Of a stretch of DNA of 64,000 bases, positions 19,067 to 29,560 are shown one piece after another. The translations under genes were made by a program, and so were the position numbers. The notes beneath the pieces were generated by a model, which saw nothing but the letters and a program-made list of their open reading frames with translations, was not told where the DNA came from and made no database searches. The number at the start of each line of letters is the position of its first letter. Position 1 is the stretch's first letter. The stretch spans positions 83,193 through 147,192 of the forward strand of contig JAUWMZ010000001.1 of NCBI GenBank assembly GCA_030612885.1. Reading direction: 5' to 3'. Source of the stretch: Candidatus Nealsonbacteria bacterium. Lineage in GTDB: Bacteria; Patescibacteriota; Minisyncoccia; Minisyncoccales; JAGMDC01.

Positions 19067-20458
19067 TTAAACAGAGTATATCCTTTGCTTTATTAAATTA
19101 ACCTCTTCAAAAAGCCTTTCATTTTCTTTGATTTCTCTGGATATTTTTTCAAAAGCATGGATAGCTGTGGTATGGTCTTTTCCGCCGAACTTCCGGCCGA
19201 TAAAAGGGAAAGAAGAATTTAAAGATTCTCTTAAAATATACATTGCTATCTGTCGCGGGAAGACAATTTCTTTTTTTCTTGAAGCGGCAATAAGGTCTTT
19301 TTCTTTCAAATCATAGAATTCAGCCACTGTTTGAATAATTTTTTTAGGACTAACCATTCTTGTCGGAGCGGAAATTATGTTTTTTAAAAGTGTCTTAGCT
19401 ATTTGGCAATCGGGAATTTGATTATTTAGTTTTTGATAAGCGATTAATCTGTTCAAGGCGCCCTCTAATTCCCTAACATTTTCTTTAATATTGGAACTAA
19501 TATATTCTAAAACATCATCAGAAAGATTTATTCCTTTTTCCTGGGATTTAACTTTTAAAATAGCCATTCTTGTTTCATAGTCAGGAAAACCAATATCAGC
19601 AATCATTCCTCCTTCAAATCGGGAGCGCAACCGTTCCTCTAAGCTGGAGATGGCTTTTGGGGGACGGTCTGAAGAAAGGATTATCTGCCTGTTTCTTTCA
19701 TATAAGGTATTGAAAATATGGAAAAATTCCTCTTGGGTTTTTTCTTTGCCGGCTAAAAACTGAATATCATCAATAATTAAGACATCAATTTTTCGGTGGT
19801 TATTTTTAAACTCCTCAATGCTGTGATTTTTAATTGAAGAAACAACACCAGAAATAAATTTTTCACAGGTAATATACCTTGTTTTCTTGTCTGGAAAATT
19901 TTTAATTGTTTTGTTGCCAATAGCTTGGATGAGATGAGTTTTGCCTAAACCTACTCCGCCGTAAACAAATAAAGGATTATAAATTGAGCCGGGATTTTTA
20001 GAGATAGCCCAAGCCGCAGCATGTGGAAGTTCGTTGTAGGGTCCCACTACAAAGTTTTCAAACGAATAACGAGGGTTTAGATTAGTGACTTTATCGGCTT
20101 TAAATTCTTCAAATTGGAGCTGTTCTTCGTCTGTGTAGTGGTTTGTAATTCGGGAGCGCTCTTTTTTCACTTCCAGTCCGGTCCTGGGTACTTCATATTT
20201 TATTTCTTTAACATTTTCATTTAAGCTGTGGGCAATTTTTAAAATGGTTTTATTGTATTTATTTTCTAACCATTCTTTAGAGAAATGATTAGGGACTGAA
20301 ATCACGATTTTTCCTTCTTGTTTTAAAAGGATTTTAGTGTTTTTAAACCAGGTCGCAAAATTGGCCGGAGAGGTATTGAATTGAATTTGGGCAAGTATTG
20401 CTTGCCAGAGTTCTTCCTTGGTCATATCACCACTAATGATACCACGAATTAGAATCAC
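19067..20458 (-). CDS. dnaA: Chromosomal replication initiator DnaA
   Basis: AAA+ Walker A GGVGLGKTHL, Walker B LIIDDIQ, C-terminal DNA-binding domain. Confidence 0.95.
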   Translation of the reverse strand: MILIRGIISGDMTKEELWQAILAQIQFNTSPANFATWFKNTKILLKQEGKIVISVPNHFSKEWLENKYNKTILKIAHSLNENVKEIKYEVPRTGLEVKKERSRITNHYTDEEQLQFEEFKADKVTNLNPRYSFENFVVGPYNELPHAAAWAISKNPGSIYNPLFVYGGVGLGKTHLIQAIGNKTIKNFPDKKTRYITCEKFISGVVSSIKNHSIEEFKNNHRKIDVLIIDDIQFLAGKEKTQEEFFHIFNTLYERNRQIILSSDRPPKAISSLEERLRSRFEGGMIADIGFPDYETRMAILKVKSQEKGINLSDDVLEYISSNIKENVRELEGALNRLIAYQKLNNQIPDCQIAKTLLKNIISAPTRMVSPKKIIQTVAEFYDLKEKDLIAASRKKEIVFPRQIAMYILRESLNSSFPFIGRKFGGKDHTTAIHAFEKISREIKENERLFEEVNLIKQRIYSV

Positions 20459-20725
20459 TAATATTCACTAATAGTTTATTTGTGATTGTCTTATTCGTGA
20501 GAATTAGTGATTAAAATTAGTGTTTTATTAGTGGTTTCATCATATCACATTGTCAAAGAAAAATAAAATGAATGTAAAAACAAAACAATGTTTAATATCT
20601 GTTGATAAACTGGGGAAAAAATGTGCAATAGTTTGATAATTAATAATCAATGATCAATAATAAATACATTGTTTTTTTTATTAAAATATGATAATGTTAA
20701 AATATTGAAATATTAAAATATTAAT

Positions 20726-20860
20726 ATGAGCATTACTTATCAACCTAAAAAAAGAAAAAGAAAAAAAACCCATGGGTTTTTAATTAGAAAAAGAACAAAA
20801 GGAGGAAGAAGAGTTTTAGCGCAGAGGAGAAGAAAAGGAAGAAAGAAACTAACGGTATAA
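20726..20860 (+). CDS. rpmH: 50S ribosomal protein L34 (44 aa; below the ORF-track size cut-off)
   Basis: [44 protein letters not shown] matches the L34 consensus; lies immediately upstream of rnpA. Confidence 0.9.
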   Translation: MSITYQPKKRKRKKTHGFLIRKRTKGGRRVLAQRRRKGRKKLTV

Positions 20861-20862
20861 TT

Positions 20863-21201
20863 ATGTTGCATAAAGAAAATCGTCTTAAAAACAAGAGAGA
20901 TTTTGACATAGCATTTAAAGAAGGGAAGGGATATAAGGAGGATTTTTTATTTTTGAAGGCTAGAAATAATGATTTAAAGTTTAGCAGATTTGGTATTGTA
21001 GTAGGCAAAAAAGTTTCCAATAAAGCTATAATTCGCAATAAAGTCAAAAGGCGTTTAAGGGAAATATTGAAAAGGAAAATAGACAAGGTAGAGAAAGGCG
21101 TAGATATAATATTAATAACCCTTCCGGGTATAGAAAAACAAGAGTTCAAGGATTTGGAAGAAAAAGTGGATAAGATTTTCAAAAAAGCAGAATTAATATG
21201 A
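20863..21201 (+). CDS. rnpA: RNase P protein component
   Basis: Basic protein RLKNKRDFDIAFKEGK...RNKVKRRLREI; conserved rpmH-rnpA order. Confidence 0.85.
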   Translation: MLHKENRLKNKRDFDIAFKEGKGYKEDFLFLKARNNDLKFSRFGIVVGKKVSNKAIIRNKVKRRLREILKRKIDKVEKGVDIILITLPGIEKQEFKDLEEKVDKIFKKAELI

Positions 21202-21407
21202 TTAAAAGTTTAATTTTAAAAATAGTTAGGTTTTATCAGAAGTTCATCTCTCCTGCTCTTGGAAAGCATTGCCGGTTTTATCCAAGCTGTTCAGAGTATT
21301 GTTGTTTAGCTATTCAAAAATATGGTATACTTAAAGGGTTGTTTTTTGGAATGAAAAGAATTTTAAGATGCCATCCTTTTAATGAAGGAGGAATAGACCT
21401 ACCGTAA
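21198..21407 (+). CDS. yidD: Membrane protein insertion efficiency factor YidD
   Basis: FYQKFISPALGKHCRFYPSCSEY signature. Confidence 0.85.
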   Translation: MIKSLILKIVRFYQKFISPALGKHCRFYPSCSEYCCLAIQKYGILKGLFFGMKRILRCHPFNEGGIDLP

Positions 21408-21410
21408 AAA

Positions 21411-22160
21411 ATGTTTGAATTATTTATTTCATTTTTTCATATTGTTCTTTATCAGCCATTGTTTAATGGTTTAATTTTATTATATCAATATATTCCGGGC
21501 CGCGATTTCGGCATTGCCGTAATTGTTTTAACTGTTTTAATAAGATTGGTAATGTATCCCTTGGGCACAAAGGGCATTAAAACCCAAAAAGCTCTTTCTG
21601 AACTTCAGCCGAAAATGAAAGAAATTCAGGAGAAGTTTAAACACGACAAGGAAAAACAAGGCAGGGCAATGATGGAGCTTTATAAAAAAGAAAAAATCAA
21701 TCCCCTCTCCGGTTGCCTGCCTTTATTAATTCAGCTTCCAATTATTATTGCCCTTTATCAAGTGTTTTTATCATTTAAAGAAGCGGGTCTGGGTCCTGAC
21801 CAGCTTCAGTCCTTGTATCCTTTTATTCATTTTGCCAATGACATTAGTACTTCGTTTTTAGGGATCATAGAACTTACAGAACCGTTTTGGCCATTGGCCA
21901 TTTTAGTTGGTATTTTACAGTTTTTCCAGACAAAAATGATAACCCCTAAACAAAAAGGCCTTTTTTCTAAATCAAAGCAGCAGGATACAATGGGACAGTT
22001 TTCAAGTATGATGCAAAAACAAATGCTTTACTTCTTCCCAGTATTTATTGTTCTAATTCTTTGGCGGTTAGCTTCGGTAGTCGCTTTGTATTTGCTTGTC
22101 TTTACTTTATTTAGTATTGTCCAGCAATATTTTACATTAAAGAAAACAAAAAATGATTAG
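21411..22160 (+). CDS. yidC: Membrane protein insertase YidC (short form)
   Basis: Polytopic protein; conserved position after yidD. Confidence 0.85.
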   Translation: MFELFISFFHIVLYQPLFNGLILLYQYIPGRDFGIAVIVLTVLIRLVMYPLGTKGIKTQKALSELQPKMKEIQEKFKHDKEKQGRAMMELYKKEKINPLSGCLPLLIQLPIIIALYQVFLSFKEAGLGPDQLQSLYPFIHFANDISTSFLGIIELTEPFWPLAILVGILQFFQTKMITPKQKGLFSKSKQQDTMGQFSSMMQKQMLYFFPVFIVLILWRLASVVALYLLVFTLFSIVQQYFTLKKTKND

Positions 22161-22620
22161 TGAAAAGGATTTAGAGATAATTAAAAAAACTGCTGAGGAA
22201 TTTTTCAAAAAGATATGTTTTGAAGCAGAGATTAAAGTAAAATCCCTGCCTAACGAGGAAACGGTTTCTATTGATTTAGAAATGGAAGAGCCCCAGATTT
22301 TGATTGGCGAAAGAGGTCAGACCTTGGCCGAAATTCAGCATTTATTAAAAGCGATGTTAAGAAGAAAAATAGCGGAACAGTTTTATATCAATGTTGATAT
22401 TAATGATTACAAAAAGAAAAAAAGTGAGTATCTAAAAGAAATGGCTCGTTCAGCAGCTGATGAAGTGGCTTTGTCTAAAAAGGAAAGGATTCTTGGGCCA
22501 ATGCCAGCCTATGAAAGAAGGATTATTCATTTGGAATTGGCCGAGCGAGAAGATATTATCTCTGATAGTATTGGCCAGGAACCGGAAAGAAGAGTGGTGA
22601 TAAGGTCTTATTATCCGTAA
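22153..22620 (+). CDS. jag: Jag/KhpB-like RNA-binding protein (KH plus R3H domains)
   Basis: R3H motif YERRIIHLELAE at the C-terminus; conserved position after yidC. Confidence 0.7.
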   Translation: MISEKDLEIIKKTAEEFFKKICFEAEIKVKSLPNEETVSIDLEMEEPQILIGERGQTLAEIQHLLKAMLRRKIAEQFYINVDINDYKKKKSEYLKEMARSAADEVALSKKERILGPMPAYERRIIHLELAEREDIISDSIGQEPERRVVIRSYYP

Positions 22621-22671
22621 TCATTAATCATTAATCATTAATCATTAATAACTAATTACTGATTATCAACC

Positions 22672-22698
22672 AAAAAAACCGCTGAGAGGCGGTTTTTT
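22672..22698. terminator. Bidirectional intrinsic terminator between convergent genes
   Basis: aaaaaaaccgctgagaggcggtttttt. Confidence 0.65.
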
Positions 22699-22740
22699 GT
22701 AATATCATAATATGAAAAATTGGGTCTATCCCTATTTTTT

Positions 22741-24159
22741 CTATTCATTAGGTATTATCTGAAAAGAACTGGGCCTTTCCTTATCATTATTTGGATCTGG
22801 ATCATAAACAGTGGTTCCTTTTAAGGTTGTGACACAACCAGTTTCATCTATTTCCCAATGTGCCTGGCATTTTAACTCATCCTGGGCATTAGATGGCGAA
22901 CTAGTAGGAGGAAGTTCCATGGTTCTTAGAATAATTTTATACTCGCCATTAATTCTGAAAGATAAAACGCGATTATCCCAGGTTCCTCCCTCAGGATGGG
23001 GATCATTAGAGAAATCTCCCATAAGCGCTCCAAGAGCGGGCTCTTTTACTAACTCATTTTCCTTACAATCAATTTCATCGTAAAAAGTAACATTGCCGGG
23101 ATATTCCTTAGTAGTGTCAACAGTATATAAATGAAGAGAAGAAATTTCGTTATTTCCTACAGAGGAAAAATAAGTGCTCCCGTCACCTACAGACATGTCA
23201 TCTACTGAAGTGGTAAGGTCTGTGGCAGGCCAGAGATCCCAGCAGACAGAAATATCTCCGCATCTTCCTTCATATCCAGGATCAGTGAAGAAAACAGCTC
23301 CCTTGCATATTTGTTCTGAAGGGTGCCTGATAATAACTGATTGTGCTTTTTTGTTCCAGTCGTTGCCGAGATTGACTGTACTGCCAGAGAGATATAAGGG
23401 CGGTCTTAGATTAAGGTCAAAATCAGTTTCTTCGTAGAGATAGATACCAGGTCTGTTCCAGAGAAAATCAATAGATTTTGTAAGAGGAATGGATTCCACG
23501 GTCTCAGTCCCGGTATTTGAAATTTCTTCTATATTTCCTTCAAATTCTTCATCATTATAAACAAAAACCGAAATTAATTCATCAGTATCACTAATAAATT
23601 TTATCCATCTGACGTCAAAATCTTTAAAAGCTGGAGTTTTTGCTGTACAATGTTTTTTCTTATTAGGGTCATCTATAGAACAATCATCTTCGGTTTCACA
23701 TAGGTAGACTCCATTAACCGGCTTTAGCTCTTCCATTTCTTTTAAAATAACTAATTCAGGATTAATAGTAGTTAAAATTAAATAAGTCATCAACAAAAGT
23801 ACTAAACCCACTATTCCTCCGAACATCCTGGACTTGGCGTCGCTAATTTTGGTTGGGTCGCCAGCTGAAACTAAATAAACAATTCCTCCCAAAACCATCA
23901 CGGCAAAAGCCAAAATACCAGCAATTATTACGGAGAAATTAAAAATATACCTTATGTATTCAGGCAGTTTGGTTTCTTCGGTCGGCGCTTCTCCCCCTAT
24001 TTCAGGATATCCAATTTCTAAGCCCCCTTCAACAACAGAGAAACTACTGCAAAGCAGAATTAGCAAAGCAGCGAAAAAAAAGATGAAAATAATTTTTTGA
24101 TGATTTTTGAGCATATTAAAAATTGCTGACGCCGAAGGCGATTCCCCATAGGGTTGCAA
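22741..24159 (-). CDS. 472-aa protein: N-terminal TrbC/VirB2-like T4SS pilin module fused to a large Cys-containing extracellular domain
   Basis: N-terminal region ...EAPTEETKLPEYIRYIFNFSVIIAGILAFAVMVLGGIVYLVSAGDPTKISDAKSRMFGGIVGLVLLLMTYLILTTINPE is paralogous to 25197-26615 and to the 146-aa pilin at 61684-62124. Confidence 0.5.
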   Translation of the reverse strand: MQPYGESPSASAIFNMLKNHQKIIFIFFFAALLILLCSSFSVVEGGLEIGYPEIGGEAPTEETKLPEYIRYIFNFSVIIAGILAFAVMVLGGIVYLVSAGDPTKISDAKSRMFGGIVGLVLLLMTYLILTTINPELVILKEMEELKPVNGVYLCETEDDCSIDDPNKKKHCTAKTPAFKDFDVRWIKFISDTDELISVFVYNDEEFEGNIEEISNTGTETVESIPLTKSIDFLWNRPGIYLYEETDFDLNLRPPLYLSGSTVNLGNDWNKKAQSVIIRHPSEQICKGAVFFTDPGYEGRCGDISVCWDLWPATDLTTSVDDMSVGDGSTYFSSVGNNEISSLHLYTVDTTKEYPGNVTFYDEIDCKENELVKEPALGALMGDFSNDPHPEGGTWDNRVLSFRINGEYKIILRTMELPPTSSPSNAQDELKCQAHWEIDETGCVTTLKGTTVYDPDPNNDKERPSSFQIIPNE

Positions 24160-24166
24160 TTAGTTC

Positions 24167-25246
24167 TTATTCTCCTTCGCAACAAAAGTAATTATTCATA
24201 AAACTTCTGATGGCTTCCTGGCATTCTAAGCTGTCTTTGTTTGTTTCGCAGATTGGCTGGATGTTTTCCTCTATAAATTGTTTATATAAAGCAGTTTCAG
24301 AAGCATAATAAGGATAGCAATGCGGGAAAGGAGTTATATTATCTTCAAAATATCCTATAATATTAAGTTCACCCAAATATATTTTATCCAAAGCTGTTTC
24401 ACAGCTCAAGACCTTCATTTTTGTTTTTATCTCTTGAATCACAGACCCATAGCCAGTAAGGCATTCTTCTAATTTCACTCTGGAATTAAGGAGTTTATTT
24501 AGAATTTCCCATCTATTCGGGTCGTCTGGCAACAAGTTTTGAACATTGGTTAAATCTGAGATTCTATCTTTAGGGTTTGAGATTATCGCGGGTCTGTCTT
24601 TGAGAATATTATAATAACTTTCAATATTTCCAGAATGATTCTCTATTTGATTATAGGCGTTGGTGATACTTCCAAAGTTGCAGGGAAAACCTTCGCAGGT
24701 TTGACATTTGCAGTATTTCCACCACAAAACACACCAACATGTTGTTTCAGGAGGGTCACCGCTGGTCTCGCATTCTTCCTCACAACATTCTCCTGTGGTT
24801 TTTCTACAATCCGAGGTACAGGCGTCTGGGCAATTATTTACACAATCCTGAGAATTATTGGTGCCGGGGCTGGTGAGGTCAATTAAGCGCCAGGCTTCAT
24901 TTATTTCTAATCTTGCCTCTTCCCTCATTGATAATGCCTCATCTCTCATTGAGATAATTTGAAAGAAAATAATTTCTTGCTCGTCAATTATTTTTTGGGC
25001 GAGTAACTCAGCTTCATCAACAGCTTCACCAATAGGAATTTTACCTTTTGGAAACTCGGCGTGTCTTATCTCTATAGTCGGGTCAACCACACACTCTCCT
25101 GAAGCAAAAATCTCTCTATTTTCATTATAGAATAAACTTATAAATAAGCAAAACAAGAAAATAAAGAAAAGAAAAATAATTTTATTAATATTATTTTTAT
25201 TCATATTCTTCTTTAGGGAAATAAAAAGTTGCTGGTTCACCATCAA
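24167..25246 (-). CDS. Secreted Cys-rich hypothetical protein
   Basis: Signal or TM segment; CVNNCPDACTSDCRKTTGECCEEECE...CWCVLWWKYCKCQTCEGFPC; the likely true start is the internal Met near 25204. Confidence 0.4.
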   Translation of the reverse strand: MMVNQQLFISLKKNMNKNNINKIIFLFFIFLFCLFISLFYNENREIFASGECVVDPTIEIRHAEFPKGKIPIGEAVDEAELLAQKIIDEQEIIFFQIISMRDEALSMREEARLEINEAWRLIDLTSPGTNNSQDCVNNCPDACTSDCRKTTGECCEEECETSGDPPETTCWCVLWWKYCKCQTCEGFPCNFGSITNAYNQIENHSGNIESYYNILKDRPAIISNPKDRISDLTNVQNLLPDDPNRWEILNKLLNSRVKLEECLTGYGSVIQEIKTKMKVLSCETALDKIYLGELNIIGYFEDNITPFPHCYPYYASETALYKQFIEENIQPICETNKDSLECQEAIRSFMNNYFCCEGE

Positions 25247-26615
25247 GATTATAGATATTACATAACCGACCTATATATTCTCCTTCTGTATTTAGGCCGT
25301 ATTCAGTACATATTCCATCAGTTTCGTTTAGGCAATTAAATTCTCTGCAGTATCTGTTGATATTAAAGTCCTTAAATTCTATTTTATCTATTTTTTCTCT
25401 TGATTTTTTATCCATAAATTGAGCCAAAGTTATCCTTTGTCCATAAGGGAATTTCGCTAATTCTTCAGCTTCTTTTAGATAATCAACTAAATCTTGAGTT
25501 GAATCATCTTTAAACCATTCAAACCGTAAAATTGCTTCTTCATAAGTTAAAAAAGTTGGAGTTACGCTTGGGTTCCATTCAGGAATGGGATAAGTTGCCT
25601 CAACAGGGTCGCCTAAATGAGAATTAGGTTCATAATATATATATCCATCGTCATCCTCTGCTCCGTATATAAAGGCATTAATCTCAATTCTCTTTTCTTC
25701 CAGAGCTTTAATAATAGGAGGGATAATATTTCTCCTTAAATTATTCATTTGAGCTCTATCTGGACAGGGATCGCCCTGACAGTTACAAGGATTGCAGTCG
25801 CCGCAAGGACAACTGCAACTTCCACAACCAGTATTTTGAAGCCCCTGAGAACAGCGAGCGCAATTACATTCATCAGCATATCCTTTTAATTCTTCAGATT
25901 TTTCTTTTAAATTTTCTGATAGAATTTTCAATTCTTCGGACAACTCTGTTAATTTTTCACTTTTTATTTCTATAGCTGCTAATAATAATTCTATACAGTT
26001 TAAACGATCATGGTCTTTTAATAAATCTTCTTCTGTAATATCTCCATCTCCATTTTGGTCAATCATATTACCTTCATCATCATAATCGTAACAAACAACC
26101 ATTTCAGCCTCTTCATCGTAGTTATAATTTTTATTTAAAATATTTTCAATTAAAAGCCCAATAGGAATTTCTTGGTAATATGTTGTTTCTGTCTCTGGGG
26201 GGACATATTCCGGCGGTTCTGCTGGTTCAAATTCTTCTAATTCTTCAAGTTTTAAAATAGCCAGTTCAGGATTGATAGTAGTTAAAATTAAATAAGAAGA
26301 AAGCAAAAGGACTAATCCTAAAATTCCAGCTAACATCCAGGATTTCGCCTCTCCAATTGCTGATGGAGAACCAAGGGAGAAAAACCAGCGGATTCCTCCA
26401 AATAGCAAAGCTGCAACAGCTAAAATCGCTCCCAAAATTATAGAGAAATTAAAGATGTATCTTATATATTCAGGCAGGGTTGTGTCTTCAGTGGGTGCCT
26501 CTCCTGCTATTTCAGGATAGGTAAGTTCTTGGGCAGATATTGAGAGGGCTAATAAGACCAAAAAAATCGATAAAACCAATAAAACCGATATTGTCTTTTT
26601 GTATTTTTTAATCAT
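25197..26615 (-). CDS. 472-aa protein: N-terminal TrbC/VirB2-like pilin module plus a Cys-rich C-terminal domain
   Basis: The N-terminal ~130 aa are near-identical in architecture to 22741-24159; Cys cluster CNCARCSQGLQNTGCGSCSCPCGDCNPCNCQGDPC. Confidence 0.5.
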   Translation of the reverse strand: MIKKYKKTISVLLVLSIFLVLLALSISAQELTYPEIAGEAPTEDTTLPEYIRYIFNFSIILGAILAVAALLFGGIRWFFSLGSPSAIGEAKSWMLAGILGLVLLLSSYLILTTINPELAILKLEELEEFEPAEPPEYVPPETETTYYQEIPIGLLIENILNKNYNYDEEAEMVVCYDYDDEGNMIDQNGDGDITEEDLLKDHDRLNCIELLLAAIEIKSEKLTELSEELKILSENLKEKSEELKGYADECNCARCSQGLQNTGCGSCSCPCGDCNPCNCQGDPCPDRAQMNNLRRNIIPPIIKALEEKRIEINAFIYGAEDDDGYIYYEPNSHLGDPVEATYPIPEWNPSVTPTFLTYEEAILRFEWFKDDSTQDLVDYLKEAEELAKFPYGQRITLAQFMDKKSREKIDKIEFKDFNINRYCREFNCLNETDGICTEYGLNTEGEYIGRLCNIYNLDGEPATFYFPKEEYE

Positions 26616-26618
26616 TTT

Positions 26619-27026
26619 TTAGTCGCTTTTTAATTCCAAAAAAACAAAAATAGTCCAGAAAGGCAGGGCGCCTAAGAAAGGAATTAGTTCTCCCAGGGCA
26701 GATAAGCCGAATCTTAATCCTCTTTTAGAACCTTTTTTTACGCCTTTCTTTAACATCTTTTTTCTTTTTTCTATTGCTCTCCTATGTTCAGCTATTTTTT
26801 CAGTTACTTCTTCTTTTGCTTCTTCTTTTGATTTCTCGCCTTGAGAGCGCATAAGCAACCAGCCACCAAAAAAGAGAATGCCAATCCCATCAGGGATATA
26901 AGAAAGGATTTCACCAATTCCAAAAACCAGGTCTAAAATTAGACAAATTACTCCTATTAAATCCAATATACCTGCCAAAAAGAGCATTAAAACTCCTTCC
27001 GGACTTAGTAAAGATAAAGAAGACAT
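26619..27026 (-). CDS. Small polytopic membrane protein in the T4SS-like cluster
   Basis: Two N-terminal and one C-terminal hydrophobic helices with a basic loop. Confidence 0.4.
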   Translation of the reverse strand: MSSLSLLSPEGVLMLFLAGILDLIGVICLILDLVFGIGEILSYIPDGIGILFFGGWLLMRSQGEKSKEEAKEEVTEKIAEHRRAIEKRKKMLKKGVKKGSKRGLRFGLSALGELIPFLGALPFWTIFVFLELKSD

Positions 27027-27037
27027 ACGAAAGTTTT

Positions 27038-28813
27038 TTATTCAGATAATTCTTTTTTCGCTTTTTTAATTTTCAGGACTTCTTCAGGAGAAGTGGTAAT
27101 GATTTGTTCTTCGGCATAAGAAGCAACAACGCTGATTGCTACGTGTTTTTGGCCGGCGAAAAACAATCCCTCCCCTACTGCCGCTTCTAAGAGCATATAT
27201 TTTTCTTCGTCGGTTAAATTAAATGTTTTTTGAACTACTTCAATAGTGGCTGGACTTTGTTTCATTAAAAGCTGTAAAGATGAATTAGCGATAATCGGCT
27301 GGCCGTATTCGGATTTCATAAAGTCAGATACGTCTTGGGTAATAGTAGTTACCCCTAACCAATATTTCCGCGCTCTTTTGCAAACTCCGAACAGGAAAGA
27401 GGCGCCATCTTCGGATTGCATTATCCACCAGGCCTCATCTACTACTAATATCCTTTTTTTGAGCTCGGCGCGAATTGAATTCCAGATATACCTCATTATG
27501 ACATACATTGCCATCGGCTTGAGTCCTTCTTCCATATCTCTAATTCCAAAAACCACAAATTTATTCTTCATTGAAATATTGGAAGGTTGATTAAAGAACT
27601 GGGCATATGTTCCTTTAGTAAATTTTGTTAAACGTTTAACCATGGATTCAGCTCCTTCCATTGTGTCCAGGACTGCTTCTAGATCTTCCATCAAAGGAAT
27701 GTTTTGATTCCAGGCAGAAGGATCGCTTTCCGGAGTAATGTCTTTGGCCGCATAAGTTTCAGTAAGCGCTCGGTCCATAATAGCGTCTTCTTCCGAGCTT
27801 AAGCCGCCAAGCATAATTCTTAATAATCCTACTAAATTTATAATGTTTGAACGAAGCACGTCTTCGGGTTTTTCGTCTTCCCGGGGCATAGGCAGTTCAA
27901 AAGGATTGATATGGTTGGGAGAAGATAAAGAGACATTAATATAAGAACCGCCTACGCTGTCAGAGAGGGTTTTATATTCGTTTTCCGGGTCAATAATAAT
28001 ACAGTCGGTTCCCAACATTAAAGAACGAAGAATCTCCAACTTCACGAAAAACGACTTTCCCGCGCCCGATTTAGCGAATATAACCGAGTTCGCGTTCTCC
28101 AAACTAAAGCGGTCAAATAAAACCAAAGAACTATTGTGCTGATTAATTCCACAGAGAATCCCTTCGTTTGAAGAGAGGTCAAAAGAGATGAAAGGAAAGA
28201 TGCTTGATAGAGGGTCAGTATTAATAGTAGTATGGATACCCATCTGGTCTAATCCGTAAGGCGAGGAAGAAATAAATCCTTCTTTCTGCCGGTAAAGGGA
28301 TGGTTTTATATAAACAAGACGGGATTCTAAAACAGAACGCAAATCTGTTTCAATGTCTCTTAATTTTTTTGAAGTGTCTCCGTAAATAGTAATATAGAGC
28401 CCAAACTTAAACATTCTTTCTTGAGCTGTTTGAAGACGGTCTCTCAGGGATTCAATGTCCCGATAAGCAGTTTCTAAAACCGGGTCTCGAATCAATCCTT
28501 TTTCTTCTCTTTCGGAAACTTCTGCTTCAATTTCAGTTACTTTTTTCCTTAATTTATTTAAAATCATCTCTGTTTTAATGGGATGGATAAAGAAAGAGAT
28601 ATCCATTGGAGTATCTAAATTTATAATAGGTGAAAGCCAGCCAGTGGTGAGATATCTGGGATAACAGAAAATAAAAAAAGATTTAGCCAATTTTTCGCCT
28701 AAGCGGATATAATTGGGGTTAATTTCAATTGCAGAAGGAGCGATAATATCTACAACATTAATAACCTCTGGTTTAGGCACTTTTTCTTTTTTTTTGAAGA
28801 ATGGTAGTTTCAT
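27038..28813 (-). CDS. virB4: VirB4/TrbE/CagE-family T4SS ATPase
   Basis: Walker A AKSGAGKSF; Walker B with the VirB4-hallmark RILVVDEAW. Confidence 0.6.
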   Translation of the reverse strand: MKLPFFKKKEKVPKPEVINVVDIIAPSAIEINPNYIRLGEKLAKSFFIFCYPRYLTTGWLSPIINLDTPMDISFFIHPIKTEMILNKLRKKVTEIEAEVSEREEKGLIRDPVLETAYRDIESLRDRLQTAQERMFKFGLYITIYGDTSKKLRDIETDLRSVLESRLVYIKPSLYRQKEGFISSSPYGLDQMGIHTTINTDPLSSIFPFISFDLSSNEGILCGINQHNSSLVLFDRFSLENANSVIFAKSGAGKSFFVKLEILRSLMLGTDCIIIDPENEYKTLSDSVGGSYINVSLSSPNHINPFELPMPREDEKPEDVLRSNIINLVGLLRIMLGGLSSEEDAIMDRALTETYAAKDITPESDPSAWNQNIPLMEDLEAVLDTMEGAESMVKRLTKFTKGTYAQFFNQPSNISMKNKFVVFGIRDMEEGLKPMAMYVIMRYIWNSIRAELKKRILVVDEAWWIMQSEDGASFLFGVCKRARKYWLGVTTITQDVSDFMKSEYGQPIIANSSLQLLMKQSPATIEVVQKTFNLTDEEKYMLLEAAVGEGLFFAGQKHVAISVVASYAEEQIITTSPEEVLKIKKAKKELSE

Positions 28814-28843
28814 ATTTTGAGATAATTGTTCAATACTCTAACT

Positions 28844-29482
28844 TTATTCCTCAAATTCTGAGGGTATTTCCGGGTAATAACCAATTTCTGCTTGGTCAGG
28901 ATGATGAAGTCCCCAGAAAAGTTCAATAATTTCCGAGGTATTTAAGGGAACAGCTTTTAGACCGCACCTTCTTAACCCTAATATTACAAATTCCATTCTT
29001 TGTTCAAGTTGTGTTTTGCATCTTTGGAATTTTTCTTCTGTTAAAGCGGGAAGTTCTGGCGCTTTGAAAATTTTTTTTGTTTCTTCATTTTTTGCTTCTA
29101 AAAGGGTGAAAGGCACAATCATAAAAAAGGATTTATTCATAATGGTGCCGGCTTTGACCAGGCTTTCTACGAATTCTCTATAGCCTGCTGTTTGAATTTG
29201 AAGCAATTCATCTTCTTGTTCTTTTTCTATCTTGCTCAATTTTTCAAGATAACCAGTAATATTAAGGCGTCTGGACTGAATAAGAATTTGGCAGGAGAAA
29301 TCCAGAGAGTTTAAGAAATTTTGAAACTGATAAATAATAGCGGATTTTTCGTCGTCAGCTTTCAAAGCAAAATTCAAAGAGGAAACCATTACTATTCCTC
29401 TTAATGACCTGTTTTTTAGGATAACAATCCCTTTTTTAATTTGGTCTATTTGTAAGAAATCCTGAGTACTTGACTTCACCAC
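28844..29482 (-). CDS. Hypothetical protein immediately upstream of virB4, possibly a split VirB4 N-terminal domain
   Basis: Same strand and a 30-nt gap; 212 + 591 aa is close to full-length VirB4; no motif visible. Confidence 0.3.
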   Translation of the reverse strand: MVKSSTQDFLQIDQIKKGIVILKNRSLRGIVMVSSLNFALKADDEKSAIIYQFQNFLNSLDFSCQILIQSRRLNITGYLEKLSKIEKEQEDELLQIQTAGYREFVESLVKAGTIMNKSFFMIVPFTLLEAKNEETKKIFKAPELPALTEEKFQRCKTQLEQRMEFVILGLRRCGLKAVPLNTSEIIELFWGLHHPDQAEIGYYPEIPSEFEE

Positions 29483-29560
29483 GAATATTTACGAATTTTA
29501 ATCACGAATATTCACAAATAAAATATTAGTGAGAATTAATGATTCTAATTCGTGAGATTA

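Noticed and set aside
20459-20725. Treating the tagtgatt/attagtg repeats upstream of dnaA as a DnaA-box cluster
   Set aside because: These match the genome-wide AT-rich repeat family more than the TTATCCACA consensus. Only one reasonable box (TTATCAACA) was identified there.
24635-24886. 83-aa plus-strand ORF inside the Cys-rich gene
   Set aside because: Antisense to a long ORF with clear secreted-protein features; no support.
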